A stretch of 54,499 nucleotides of DNA, from NCBI GenBank assembly GCA_001938485.1, contig MQRK01183883.1:19079-73577 (forward strand). Reading direction: 5' to 3'. The position numbers and the translations under genes were made by a program. The stretch comes from Girardia tigrina (lineage: Eukaryota). The notes beneath the pieces are model-generated. The model did no database searches and had not been told where the DNA came from. It saw only the letters and a program-made list of their open reading frames with translations. Below are positions 26,409-39,278 of the stretch, one piece after another; positions within the stretch are counted from its first letter, which is position 1; the number at the start of each line of letters is the position of its first letter.

Positions 26409-27109
26409 TTAAATATGTATAAATATTATAAAGTTAGAAGCTAAGATTAAATTCTAAACTAAGTTTTAATATTAACTAAGTTACTTATTTTTAATTAGCT
26501 TTAATAAATTTATTTGTTTTAGTTATCGTAAATTAAAAAGATATCAAATATATAAAATGTTACTAAAATTGAATATATTTAGCTTCTCCATTTTGTTACA
26601 CAATTTATGATGCAATTATTTTCCGCAACGAAAAGCAAATGAAATTGAGATTATTTATTATGCTTCACTTATTTTTATAATTTACCGTTTGTAATTTAGT
26701 TTCAAATAATTAATATAAATTAATTATAATTGATTAAATTATTTAAATTAATTATTTTTAATAAACTTTATAAAATTTATTTGTTTTAGTTATTATAAAA
26801 TAAAAAGAAACTAAATTTTTTTTCAAAAATTTTTATTCATAATTTCCGGTTCGAAACATAATGATTTCTTGAATTAATCTTCAATTATCTGAAGCAACAT
26901 TATATACTGGAAATTATAAATAAAAATTTAATTAATTTAATTGAAATTATTAAAAAGCAAAAGAAATTGAGGTTATTTAATATGTTTTGTTTTTTATGAA
27001 CAAAAATAAATAATTAAAATCATAAAATTAAAATTTTAATATTTGATTATTAAAAATATTTATTTAAATTTAAATTTTTATGCATAAAGTATTTTTTAAA
27101 ATTATTTAT

Positions 27110-27805
27110 TAATATTGGAACAAATGGATGTATTTATTATAAAGTTAAAAAAGGTTTATTTACAAAAGATGTTTTAAGTGAATACAATAATGTGTAAGAA
27201 AGACAGAATCAGTATATCAAGACCTATTGTTTTTGTTCTTGACAATGCACGTTTTCATCGTTTAATTGAGTGTATTTTGGAAGAAAAAGAGTTTCAGCTG
27301 AATAAAATTCTTAGATTAGATCCATACAATCCAATGATGAAACTCATTGATTCAGCTCTGTCAAGTGTAAAAGATTGGGTGCAACGACAATTGGCAATTG
27401 CTTAATATCCTGCATGATGAAAATGATTAAGTTTCAGTTAGATTTAGCATCGGTTGTATAAGTTGGAGAACGTTGTTCAAAATCGCTAACTGAAATTTGC
27501 TTCAAATGTTTTTAACAAATATATTGCCAGAATTCAAGGATTGTTTCCAGATGTGAAAAAAACTTTATGATGTTTGTTAAATATTTGAAATAGATATTTA
27601 AATTGTTGAAAATAAATTTTAATACATTTTTAAAATTTTAAATGCGACGATAAAAAATTTTAAATTTTAAATCCCCGAAATGATTTTGATTGTTTCTAAA
27701 ATGTTTCTGGTTACTTCTAAAATAATCGTAAATTTTCCTAATTGTTTGACTGTTTCCGAAGAGATTCTGGTTGTTTTCAAAGTGATTTTAATTATTTCTG
27801 AGTGG
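27110..27805 (+). mobile_element. IS630/Tc1-like (DDE_3) transposase 3' fragment with about 21-bp subterminal repeats
   Basis: IVFVLDNARFH...LRLDPYNPMMKLID (about DNAxxH...LPPYSPxxNPIE); degenerate TGATTTTGATTGTTTCTAAAA units at 27680-27805. Confidence 0.65.
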
Positions 27806-27809
27806 GCTC

Positions 27810-28050
27810 TGATTAAGACTAACTTGAAACTTGATTCATATTTCAGTCTGTTACTATAGACCAGTTCTCCACAGCAATGAATAATCTCTGTCTTTAATAT
27901 TAGTGCTTTCATCCAAAGTAACTGTCTTATCTTCTGTCTTGATATTGTACATTAGAAATATGTTCTGCAGTTTAGAATCCACAAACAGAAGACACTGAAG
28001 GAGGCTTAGGAAAGCGTGTTAAGATAATGAAAGGCCCTTTAAGGTTCTCA
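27810..28050 (-). mobile_element. Possible non-LTR C-terminal (CCHC) remnant
   Basis: Reverse strand has QC..C...TAEHI-like residues across a frameshift; weak. Confidence 0.25.
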
Positions 28051-29049
28051 TTATATTTATATCGTTCTATAACTGATCTATTGAATAGCAATTACAAGTA
28101 GAGCACATTTTTTCTAAGATAATTTTTATATAAAAAAAGAAATGATAGAAAAGAATGATTGTTTCAATTTTCTAGATGCCAACCTTTTCCAGATTTATAA
28201 TTCTTCCTTCTTTTATGATTTTCGTTTCAAACATCCGATCTCTTTCATACTTATAACGGAATTCATGATCAAAGAACAATAAATATCCGATTGTTGGAAA
28301 TTTTCGTGAAAAAAAATTACTAAATAAAAACCGCCATTTAGAAAATCTTTCCGAAAATTATCGAAAATAATCGACATTATTAATATAAAAAGGTGATTAA
28401 ATTGAGCATAAGACTGTCTCTGATGTCACGCTACTCAAAAGTGTCACAGAATTAGCTCTACAAATTATATTCAGAATTATTAATAAACTTTCTATTGTTT
28501 CAATTGACGTTTTAATTAACGTTATTATTAGTAAATAATGTAGATTAATTAGCATAATGAATCTGCTACGCGTTTATTTCTGAGTGTCAGAAAATAATAA
28601 TATTTTGTTTTATTTTTGGTGAAAAAAATTATATTTATTCATTATTAAGTCTTTGGAAGTAAATTCTAATAGAATTCATCAATCTTGTTAAATAAGTTAT
28701 GACCATCCTTCGAGTATTTTTAAATATTTTTTAAATAAATTATTTGTATGTACGTATACATTGTTGTAAATTTTATTAAATTTATTTATCCTAATTGATA
28801 TATTATTTTCTAAATATTTATCATTAATATTTATAATCAATAAATAAATAAATAATTGTAACAACACAAAAAATAAACAACATAACCAGAAGAATTGTAA
28901 TTAATACTGACTAAAATGATATAGAATTATAATTTTATCTATATTATTTTTATTATTTATTGTGTTTGAATAAAGCAAAAATGTGTCTAATTTGAATTTC
29001 TAATAAAGATTCATAATTAATTATTTATCATATTAATAGTTAATCATAC

Positions 29050-29560
29050 TCTTACAACGAAAAATTCTATATAGACTTATCCACGACGAAAGTTCATCGA
29101 CTTCATTATCAAATGTAGCAGAGGTTAATGTTAAGTTCCCTTATCGATGTACCTAACCTTTAATCATGTTCCTATTATGTTTAGTGTCTTAAAATCTCTT
29201 TGAACAACTGTATAAACTAGTATCCGTTGGTTTTCGATAGATTCAAGTCTGATATTTATCTTTAGGTCTTTTAGTTAATTAAAACGATAATTTTTTATTA
29301 TTCTCTATCACAAATATAAATTTAATATTATGATGAAGACCATTTACAATATCTAAAAAACTTGAAGCATTCTCTTCACCTTTAAATATAAGAAAAATAG
29401 CATCGCAAAATCTCATAAAATATAGGTAATTCACCATTAAAATTTTCGAAATATTTTTCTAAATTATTCAAAAATATAGAGGCAATTGATAGCGTTAAAT
29501 GTGAATCTATAGCAATACCATCTATTAAGAACACCAATTTGACTTTTCATATTTTTATTC
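29050..29560 (-). mobile_element. Penelope-like reverse transcriptase fragment
   Basis: Reverse strand DGIAIDSHL..IASIFLNNLE, MRFCDAIFLIF (about RYVDDIF), NGLHHNIKF, YRKPTDT. Confidence 0.75.
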
Positions 29561-29639
29561 ACACAACAATTTGGGTTGTCCTTAAGACCATCTTTGTCAA
29601 AGCTTTCGTACGATTGCATTCTAAACTAAATTGATTAGT

Positions 29640-29961
29640 GAATTAATTCTTATTATTTTTTAGCAAATGGGAAATAAATATTTTATTAAAATATTTACTC
29701 AAAACTTATTGGATAGAAATTAAAATGATTATTAATTATTTTAAAAATATAAATTTGATTTATTTATTAAAAATTGTAAAAATTAATTAACTTATTTAAA
29801 ATTTTACCATTATTTGAATTTAAAAATAAATTTAAACATTACATATTTTTAGATAATAAGAATTCAAATATTAATCATCCATCTGGGTAGGACAGACGCA
29901 ATTATAAATCAACATGCAACAATCAAACACAAAACATCAAACATTCAATATATTCCTCACA
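29640..29961 (-). mobile_element. Partial LTR, TGTGAGGAAT family
   Basis: Plus strand ends ...TATTCCTCACA at 29961 and contains ATCATCCATCTGGGTAGGA (the family core reversed). Confidence 0.75.
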
Positions 29962-30009
29962 CCATCAATGAGCATAAACCATTCCTCATTAAAAAATGGT
30001 ACATTTTTA

Positions 30010-30900
30010 TTGGGTTGTTCGGAAAGTCATTTCGTTTTTTTGTATTAAAGTAAAAGACAAATTTTTATGACGAATAAATATTTTATTGAAATACATATTG
30101 ACCATTGTGGTCCAATACCTTCTTCCATCTTCCTGGCATGGAAGTGATATGATTCCACGTTCATAAAATATTTGTTCTTTGCTGCTAAAAAACTTTTCCA
30201 GGTGATTTTTAACATCTTCATTTGATCCAAAAGTGTTACCATCTAAATAATTTTGTAGAGACCGGAACAAATGATAATCAGAAGGTGCAAGGTCTGGAGA
30301 ATATGGTGGGTGAGGCATGATGTTTCATCCAAGCTGTAAAAGCATTTGGTGAGTTACCATACCTGTATGAGGTCTTGCATTATCTTGGTGAAACACTACA
30401 CCTTTTCTATTGATCAATTCTGGCCTTTTGTGTTTAAGGGATTCATTTAATTTGTCCAGCTGATGATAGTAGACGTCCGAATTGATCGTAGTTTTTTCTT
30501 TTATGCCTTTATTATGTCTTCATCGGCCTCAACGGGCCTTCCGGAACGTGAAGAATCTTCAACATCAAAATTTCCGGATCTAAATTTTTTAAACCTGTTT
30601 TTGCATTGGCGTTATGTCAACACATCTTCTCCATACACTTCGCATAATTTTCTACTTGATTGTACAGCATTTTTACCTTTTCGGAAGTAAAAAAGTAATA
30701 CATGCCGTAAATGCTGATTCTGGCTTTCCATCTTTGATAGGTAAAAAATCAAATATAAATGTTTTTAATTATTCCAAAATTTTCCAAATCTAACCTTGAT
30801 TACCAACTGCTAAAATAAATAATATAGTCAATGATTATTAATATAAAAAATTACATTTAAAACAAATATTAAAAAACGAAAGACTTTCCGAACAACCCAA
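30010..30900 (-). mobile_element. Internally deleted mariner (DD34D), mellifera-like
   Basis: TIR TTGGGTTGTTCGGAAAGTC with TA TSDs; HLRHVLLFYFRKGKNA, RSGRP, then a deletion to HQDNARPH and HPPYSPDLAPSDYHLF. Confidence 0.95.
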
Positions 30901-33099
30901 TAGTACTAAAAATGGATTTATCAAAAGGTATTTAAATAAAATCACAAAAGATACAGTTGAATCAATTAATTTAAAATCGAAAAGTAAATAGTAGAATTTC
31001 GGAAATTTAAATTGACAATCTAATTCCAGATTAATTGTTTTTGATTACTTAGATTGCGACTTAATTTTCATTACATTGCTGACATTAAGTCATATACCCT
31101 GCCACTATATTTAGATAAAATTATTAGGTATTATTATATATTGAGTTTTCTATTTTTAATTTTAAAAAATTAAAAATCAATATCACTCATACCAATTAGC
31201 AATTATAATTGTGACCCATTATGCATCGAACTACCTCTGAGCTAATTATTTTGTGAAGAATTCCTTTCAATTATCATAAATCCATAAAAATCTTTGACAA
31301 AAGAGAAAACAAATAACTTTTTTCATTCTTTTTATTAGCTTACTTTTTATATAGGTATGCATCCATGGAATTTAGAAACCTATTTTTGAAGGCTTTTTAC
31401 TCAATCAATTTTCTTCTAATTTTGCACACTTACTCATTTTAGATGACAATAAATGATTATGTAAAAAATTAATCGAAAAAAACTTTTTAAAGTCCAAAAA
31501 TTGGAAAAACAGAAAATTCAGTGTTTCTGAACAATATTAATTGAAAAGGATCTACTTATAAATTATAAGTAGTTTATATTACGCAAAAAAAGTAAAGATA
31601 AAAAAATATTAATAAATGTAATAGTAATTTTCCTTTCTATAGAAGAACAAAAAACATTCCCTTGACCAAATAAAGTTCTGCCAGCATAAAGAATGGATAT
31701 AAAATTTTTTTTGATTTACTCGTTGATATTGCTGTTGTCAGAATCCTCAAATCCACGAACATAATTAAAATAGAAAAACCTTATATCTGGAAACTATTGC
31801 TCAAATTCGGAACAATATTTTTCACTAAAAATCAGCTTCGACTTCAATGTACTTGAGAAATAAAATGACGAAGAATTTTTCTCTAAATAACCGTTTATTA
31901 TTTCCAAAGAAATACTGAACCTGTTTTCATTGTCAAGAAAAAATCGAAAGTAAAAACTTAATCGTTCAACTTCATACAAGTGTTGTTTTTTATACAATAG
32001 ATGATTAAAGAAGTCATGTTTCATTGTTATATTTTATCGATAATAAAAAAATATAATTAAAAAAGTATTATCAAAAAAGTATTGAATTAATAATCATCGG
32101 AGTTTGTGTTGCTAATATTTTTACTTGCCTAGAATGGTTGATATTTACATTCAAGAAATTAATTTATTTTTTAAGTGCATATTTTATGATCATTTATTAG
32201 TTCTAAAACGTCTCGTCATCTTTCTATGAATGAACTCAAATATTTGTCATAATAAAAGCTGAAGGTGACTTTATTTTATTTTTTTGTAATCGAAAAAACA
32301 AGGCATTTTACTTTTGTAAAATATCATTAATTAACTACTTTTGTTCTCTAGACTTGTCTGAAATTGCTTAATTATACTTAATTAATTATTTCTTTCTTTT
32401 TAACCATCAAAGGAATTGTACAAGAGTAATCTAGTCAATCCGATACACTAAAGAAGAAGAATATGTTGTTCATTTCTTATCTGATTCAACTTGTTTTTAA
32501 TAAGCGATTTGTAATTATTTGTAATTTATGAAATACAAAATTAATATTAATAAAAATAGCTCTACGTCTTTATTATCTTATACAAGCTTACATCTTTTAG
32601 CTCAGACATTCTATTCATGTGAAGGGTGCATTTAACCAAAAAAAGCGTTGAGTTGTTAATTATATTCAAACATATGTTTATAGCTATAATTAATATATTA
32701 TTAATATTTATACTCATTTAACTGTATCATTATTATTATTATTATTATATTATATATATAATATATATATATAAATATCTTAATTATTTATTACTATTAT
32801 ATCCCCTATCATTTATTCGTATTTGTATTTATAATGGCATTTATATTATAATTATATTATTTATATTTATATTAATTATCTATCTGCATAACTACATAAT
32901 GTCGTTATAAAGATATTTAAACAATGTCAAATTAAAATTTTAAGATTCAATCAATTAATTGATCATAAATATTATGTAATTATTATTATTAAGCTTTCAA
33001 GCTCTAAATAAAATTTACGAATATTTAATCATATCAGTTGTTTTATCGCTATCTGTTATCGAAAGCCAAATTGGTACTGATTACATTGTTGTTATAGTC

Positions 33100-33670
33100 T
33101 ATAGTGATCCGAAACTACATTAACGATTCTTATAGTAAGTAGCAAAGGAATAGAAACATGTGAAGATAAAATCAAATCGATTAATGAAGCACCGGTTCCA
33201 AAATGTGCAACTCAATTGCGTTCTTTCTTGGGTCTTGCCAATTACTACCGGAGATTTATCAAAGATTTTGCTTAAATATCAAAGCTTTTATATGCAGCCA
33301 GTGTCGCTAAAGAGAAATTTTACTGGTCACAGGAGTGTGCAAACAGTTTTGATGAACTTAAAAAGTCTTTCTACAAGTCCGGTATTATGCTTCCCTAATA
33401 TTAACCAAAAAATGGTGCTAGATACAGATGCCAGCTTCAATGTTATTGGAGAGGTATTAAGTAAAATTCAAGAAGATGGATCGGAACGGGTGATAGCTTA
33501 CGGATCAAGAACCCTAAGTGAGTATGAAAAGGGCTACTATGTTACCAGAAAGAAATTGCTAGCATTAAGAGATTACATGCTGTATTTCAAGCATTATTTG
33601 TATGGAAAAAAAGTTCTTGGCTCGTATCGATCATAAAGCACTTTTATTTATGTCCCAGACAAGCAAACCA
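33100..33670 (+). mobile_element. Gypsy RT thumb/RNase H fragment
   Basis: QLRSFLGLANYYRRFI, LDTDASF, VIAYGSRTLS, FKHYLYGKK, DHKAL across frameshifts. Confidence 0.85.
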
Positions 33671-33671
33671 C

Positions 33672-33880
33672 TCAGTTTTCAATTTCAGACATGGATTGAA
33701 GATCTGTAGGGTTTTCAGTATGACAATCAGTGCTCTTCAACCTGCAATTTAAGTCTCCTCCAATTAGTAGTTCCATTTTCTTTTCTCTAGCGAATTTCTT
33801 CTCCTTCTCGATCTCCTCCAGCAGCTTCAAATGTACGAGTGTTAACACCCATATTTCAAACAATGAACCATAACATGGGA
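33672..33880 (-). mobile_element. Non-LTR APE endonuclease fragment
   Basis: LLIGGDLNCRL motif (GDxN); abuts and truncates the Gypsy fragment. Confidence 0.5.
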
Positions 33881-34985
33881 AGTTAATTCATCTTTATTTT
33901 ATTTATGAAACAATGATTTATCTATCATTTCATCAATCTTCTGAAATAACAATGCCACTGGATCACTTTCTTTATCATAGTTATATAAATTGATGAAATC
34001 CTGAATTAGTTACAACTGTCATTGAAAAACCACTAATAAAATTTAGTAATCATTGGATCCACCACTTCATAGATTGCTATTAAATCCTTTGCCAACAACC
34101 CTTCGACGAATAAATGTTGGATTTCGCACTCGATTTTCAAAAATTCAAAGAAACTATTACAGTCAGTAATAAATTCAATAATATATTGTTGTCCATTGTG
34201 TGTTACTGGGACTATGTGATTGAAGATATTTGTCGCCATGTTCGAAGATCAAGAAGGATTCTCAATTATAGTTCACGAAAATAATAAAATGCATAGAGAC
34301 ATGCCTAATCTTGAATTATTGTGTAATCAACAAATTTATAATTTGTTATAATTCAATTTATTAATTTCGAAATTATTAATTTAATCTTGTAATACATCAC
34401 AATAATAATAATAAAAGTTATAAATAATATATCAATACAAAAAACATCAAAAACAATGATTTCATATAGAATTCTTATTTATTTCATCTCCATGTGTATC
34501 AATTGTGTTTTTCAAGAGAATTGTTTTTGCCTTTTTTATTTTTAGCGCGGTCGGTATCGTAATCGCTTCAACGCCTACTTTGCATCACTTGCTCGCGGTC
34601 TAGATCAGACTCCACAATTATCTATTTATAAAAATTATAAGCAAATTTTAAATAGAAACAAAAACACTCGACAGATTAGTTTAAAATTTCGATACAATTT
34701 CGTAACATATGCTTTTTATTCTGGAGAAAAATGTTGCATAATTATCATAATATAAATACTTTTTTTATTTTGTTGATGAAAGAGAAAATTGTTTAATAAT
34801 TAGATAAATTATCTGATAAAAAAAATAATTCAAATAGTCGATTAAAACAACGATATTCAATTAAAGAAAATTAACTAGAAAAACTAATTTTTCTCAATAA
34901 ATATTAATCAATTTTCACAAGGTAAATAATTGTGAGGGGCGTTCAGAAATTTGATTGGCTGTTGGTAAAATAATTAATGAGTCAT

Positions 34986-35045
34986 CGGTGTGGTGTATTT
35001 ACCATGACAGCAACTCGTGTGGTGTGTTTACCATGACAGCCACTC
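34986..35045. repeat. Two-copy about 29-bp tandem repeat
   Basis: GTGTGGTGT(A/G)TTTACCATGACAGC(A/C)ACTC occurs twice, just after TGATTGG. Confidence 0.8.
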
Positions 35046-35499
35046 ACATTGGAGATTTTTATTGATTTTCGTAGGCAAATTATAATATAGGATACACTTT
35101 GTTTAAAATAAATAATTCAAATTCTTGTCGTGATTTTTGATGAAATATCATACTGATTTCTCGCTTCGTGATTTCGGGTGTGACATTTAAGTATACGATA
35201 ATTGGGAAACAGTCATATTGACAATAATTTGTCGCCCAATTTGTTTTCGTGTTTTGAACTAATATGATTAAATGACATTAAACCAATTATTTTTTATCGT
35301 TTATTATTTGAATAAATGGAGAATTTTTTAAAATATGAATTATGTGTTGATCAACTTGATCACAACTAATTGGTTCTACCGTCAACTCCAACGTATTAGT
35401 TTCACCATTTATATTTTCTGTCATGAAAAACACTTAAAAATTTAAAAAATAGTGGCGAATTTTTATGCGAATCAATTACGCCATTCAAAAAACTAAATT

Positions 35500-36500
35500 T
35501 AATCGTCGATATATATTTCCTGGGATTTTCCACCACCTACAGGCTTAATTAACAAGAATTCTGCTGTCTTGTATATATATTGATAATTATATAATCACTT
35601 TGCATAATAATTCATTAAATATTTTCAACAAAATGAAAGAGACTACTTTGAACATTAAGTGATTTAATCAATAATGCCGCACAAAAAGTTCTTTCCAAAT
35701 TATTTTTAAAATTACTGCGCAATATTTTAAAATGTTGTTTTCACTTCCGATTTACAAACTTTCATATGTCCAGCAATATTACTACCATTACCCAATTGTC
35801 CATGCTCCTGAATCAGTTTACAGAGATGACGAGACGTTTCTCCAATGTATGTGGCGTTGCACCCATTACACGCAAATTGATAAACAAGATTGAAACATAA
35901 ACTCAAAGGAGTTGGAAATTTTATTGCTGAACATACTTTGAATTTGATAAGATTTATAAATGATTTTTAACTTCAAATTTTTATTATCGATTGATTTTAA
36001 AATAGACGATTTACATTTTTATAACCTTCTGAATAAGGAACAATTAGTGTATATCCAATATTAGAGTCTCCATTGGATACTTTATCAGTTTTTAATTCGT
36101 CTTTACTCTCCATTTTTTATTAATTCATTTATTTATTGTCTCATTAGTTAGTTTATCTATGCTTGCATCTGATTTTGCATATATTGAAGACAGAGACAAC
36201 CATATGAATTACAAACATTGTATCATTCTTCATTTATAATTGCGTTCACAAAAATGTTAGTAGTAGTATATAACCCAGTATGTTTTCTTTCTATAAATTT
36301 TTGTTTCATAATAGCTACCTTTCCTCTATATTAACAAATCTAAAAACGGTAAAACACCATTCTTCTCAATCTTCACCGTGAAAACAATATTAGAATGAAG
36401 GGAAATGAAATAATATAAAAACGGCAACATATGATCACTTTAAAAATAAGAAGAAATATTATTGTAAAATGGTCTCTTACAGGGACTAATTGTTTAAATC
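35500..36500 (-). mobile_element. Penelope-like element, 3' portion (RT thumb, GIY-YIG, hammerhead relic)
   Basis: SLHSNIVFTVKIEKNGVLPFLD; NLVYQFACNGCNATYIGETSRHL..IQEH; hammerhead-like end at 35503-35544. Confidence 0.85.
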
Positions 36501-36607
36501 ACTTAATCCATACATTAATGTCCAAAAAAGTCTCTCTTCCATTTTGTTAAAAATATTTAGTTAGTTATTAAGTTAGGTAATTGCATAATCTTCAATTTGA
36601 TAAGTGT

Positions 36608-37150
36608 GTGTTATGCCGAATTTGTATAATTGCCGAATTCCCGAATTAGGTAACCGATTTGCCAAATTCACGAAATAGGCAATTTTTAAAAAAAAATTTT
36701 AATTCAATTATGAAATTAATATTAACATTTAATATGAAAAAATCAATTTAATATGAAAATATATCAATTTAATATGAAAAAAATACTTTTTAAAATACAT
36801 AATTTTGCAATTTACCTTCCCACTAAGGAAGACGTTTTAATAACTATGAATAAAAATTTTACATTTCAAATCTATTTTGCATATTAAATTAAGATTTTTT
36901 GCAAATTTAATTTATTTTTTCAGATGATATTGATATTTTTTCATTTTTAAATACATTAAATTATAACATAAATTATTACATGTTTAATATTAAATTATGA
37001 AAAAAATACATATTTTTTCATATTAAATACATGATCTTTCATTTTAAATTGAGAAATTTTAATATTAAAATGAAAATTTTTCATATAATTTATGAAATCG
37101 GCAAAAATTGACTAGTCCATGAATTCGGCAATTACACTATTTCAGCAAAC
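36608..37150. mobile_element. MITE with imperfect about 60-bp TIRs built from GCCGAATT repeats
   Basis: Left TAATTGCCGAATTC...TTTGCC vs right GGCAAA...GAATTCGGCAATTA; AT-rich interior. Confidence 0.65.
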
Positions 37151-37479
37151 TGTTGCCGAATTTGCGAATATTTATACAAGACAGCAAAATTTTTTTAATT
37201 ATACCTGAAGATGGTGGGAAATATTCCAAAATAAATCGTGAGAATAAAATTTAGCTTTTCGAATGGCATTATTGATTTTCATAAAAAACAAGTAATTTGT
37301 TTAAATTTCTGCAATATTTTTTTAATTTAAAATCTATGTTAAATGACTAGTAATAATGAACCAAGGCAAAAGAAACAGCTTATCTTTCTTTATTTTTTTT
37401 TGCTTTAAAATTTCCATGATTTCGAACCTGAAATTAAAAGTAAAGTCTTATAAACTTCACTACAATATTAAATCACCTG

Positions 37480-37620
37480 CAATATTTTATCAGTAGTATT
37501 CATGGCATTGTAAAGTGGGAAATTCTTATATACCCTGTGTGTATTTTCTTCTTCAGAAGAAAGATGGAACAGTCTATATACGCATGTTTCAGATCTTAAA
37601 AAATTTGATAGTTATAATGT
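37480..37620 (+). mobile_element. Short MULE transposase fragment
   Basis: SIHG...IPCVYFLLQKKDGTVYIRMF parallels TIHA...LPLIYCIL.DKKAETY of the MULE at 23.8 kb. Confidence 0.55.
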
Positions 37621-38202
37621 GTATTAATAATCCAATATGCACACCAAATTTGGATTTCTTAGCGGTCATAGATCTCGAGATACAACGACAAATCCATTGG
37701 AAAAAAACTGTAGACAACCCTGTATATATATATAGAAAGTGTTAATATAAGCATTTTAATAATTAATTTCGGGGGATAAACTGGTAATTACAGTTTTGTA
37801 GATCTCTAAAAATGGTGTTTTAAAATTATATAATTTTGTGTAAAATAGTTAACTATTATCTCATTACCTCTAGTTAATCGGACCCAGAAGCAATTACTCA
37901 AACATTCATGAACATTAATGTTTAAAATTGTTATAATTAAGTAGGTATACAATTCAAATGGTGTTATTGTTAAAAAGAAATTGCTTTAAAATAAATTGTT
38001 GGAAATATAAAACATTGAATATCAGCATTCAATTACTTTCATTCACATAATATTTAGTAATTCAAAAAAATCGCCTCCAATTTTTTCTTATTTGAAAATT
38101 AATGTTTGCTTGAGCACTGTTCATCATTCAAATTTGTTATACAATCTTCATTTAAATGTTGCTAATGAGTTTTTAACATTCCATGAATAGTTACGTTCAA
38201 TC

Positions 38203-38812
38203 TGTGAGGAATATTTTAAATTTGGTATGTTGAAATTGGTTTGTTGAATTTTGTATGTTGAGTTTAGTATTTGGAAATGTGTTTCTCCCACCCAGATGGA
38301 AAATTGATATTTTAGATNNNNNNNNNNNNNNNNNNNNNNNNNNNNNNNNNNNNNNNNNNNNNNNNNNNNNNNNNNNNACAACATAAGATATTTAAAAACA
38401 TTAAAAATATTAAATCTTTTCAAATCTTCATATTAAAATTTAAATAAAATAAATAGTTTTAACTAAGTTTTGAATTAATTAAATATTCTTTCTTTGTATA
38501 AAATTATTTTTAAATAAAATTAATATGTAAATAAAAATTAATACTAAAAATTCAAAATCTGAATTTTAAAAATAAAATCAGAAAATAATGAAAAATTTGT
38601 TCGAATAATTGTTTATTAACAAACATTAATAAAAAATTATCAATTTAGAACGATGTCGAATGACGAGAGTTTTGCTGAGAGTTGTCCAAAAGACAATTCT
38701 GATTGTAATGAAAATAAAAGTTTGAAAAGCCATGTTGGTGTTCTTAATACAATCAAATAGACAAAATAATATTAGTTAGGTGTAAAAGTGTTAAGTGTCT
38801 AAAATTATCACA
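38203..38812 (+). mobile_element. Solo LTR, TGTGAGGAAT family (contains a gap)
   Basis: TGTGAGG...ATCACA; family core; Cys/Asn-rich 3' segment. Confidence 0.8.
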
Positions 38813-39278
38813 CCATTAATGCATAAGGAATAGTAATTATCAAAGGTAAAGAATTGAAAGTTGATACTTCATGTAATGAATAAACGTCGAAAAATTTTAG
38901 TTAACGTGAAATTTTATATTAATTTATTTTGTAGAATATTTATTAATAACACAATTAGAATGGTTGTTACAAAAACTCTTAGCTAAAAATTTACCTTCCA
39001 ATTTCTAATGGCCCGTACAAAATACAGTTTACATTTGGGTCTAATTTTTTATTAATCTTGTAGACTTTTTTGTGTGCATTACAAAAATAACAGAAAACTT
39101 GTACTTTTACATTACCATTCAGTTATAAACGGATAATTTTGGGCTATGTAAATTTGATTTAAAAAGTGGAACCGGTCTCGTTTGACTTTAAATAAGATGA
39201 CAAACAACTATACATAAATAAGCCTTTCCACAATAAATATTTTTTGAGTAATTATGTATATCTAAATAATTATTAATA

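Noticed and set aside
32690-32880. TA/TTA-rich tract
   Set aside because: Low-complexity sequence without further structure.
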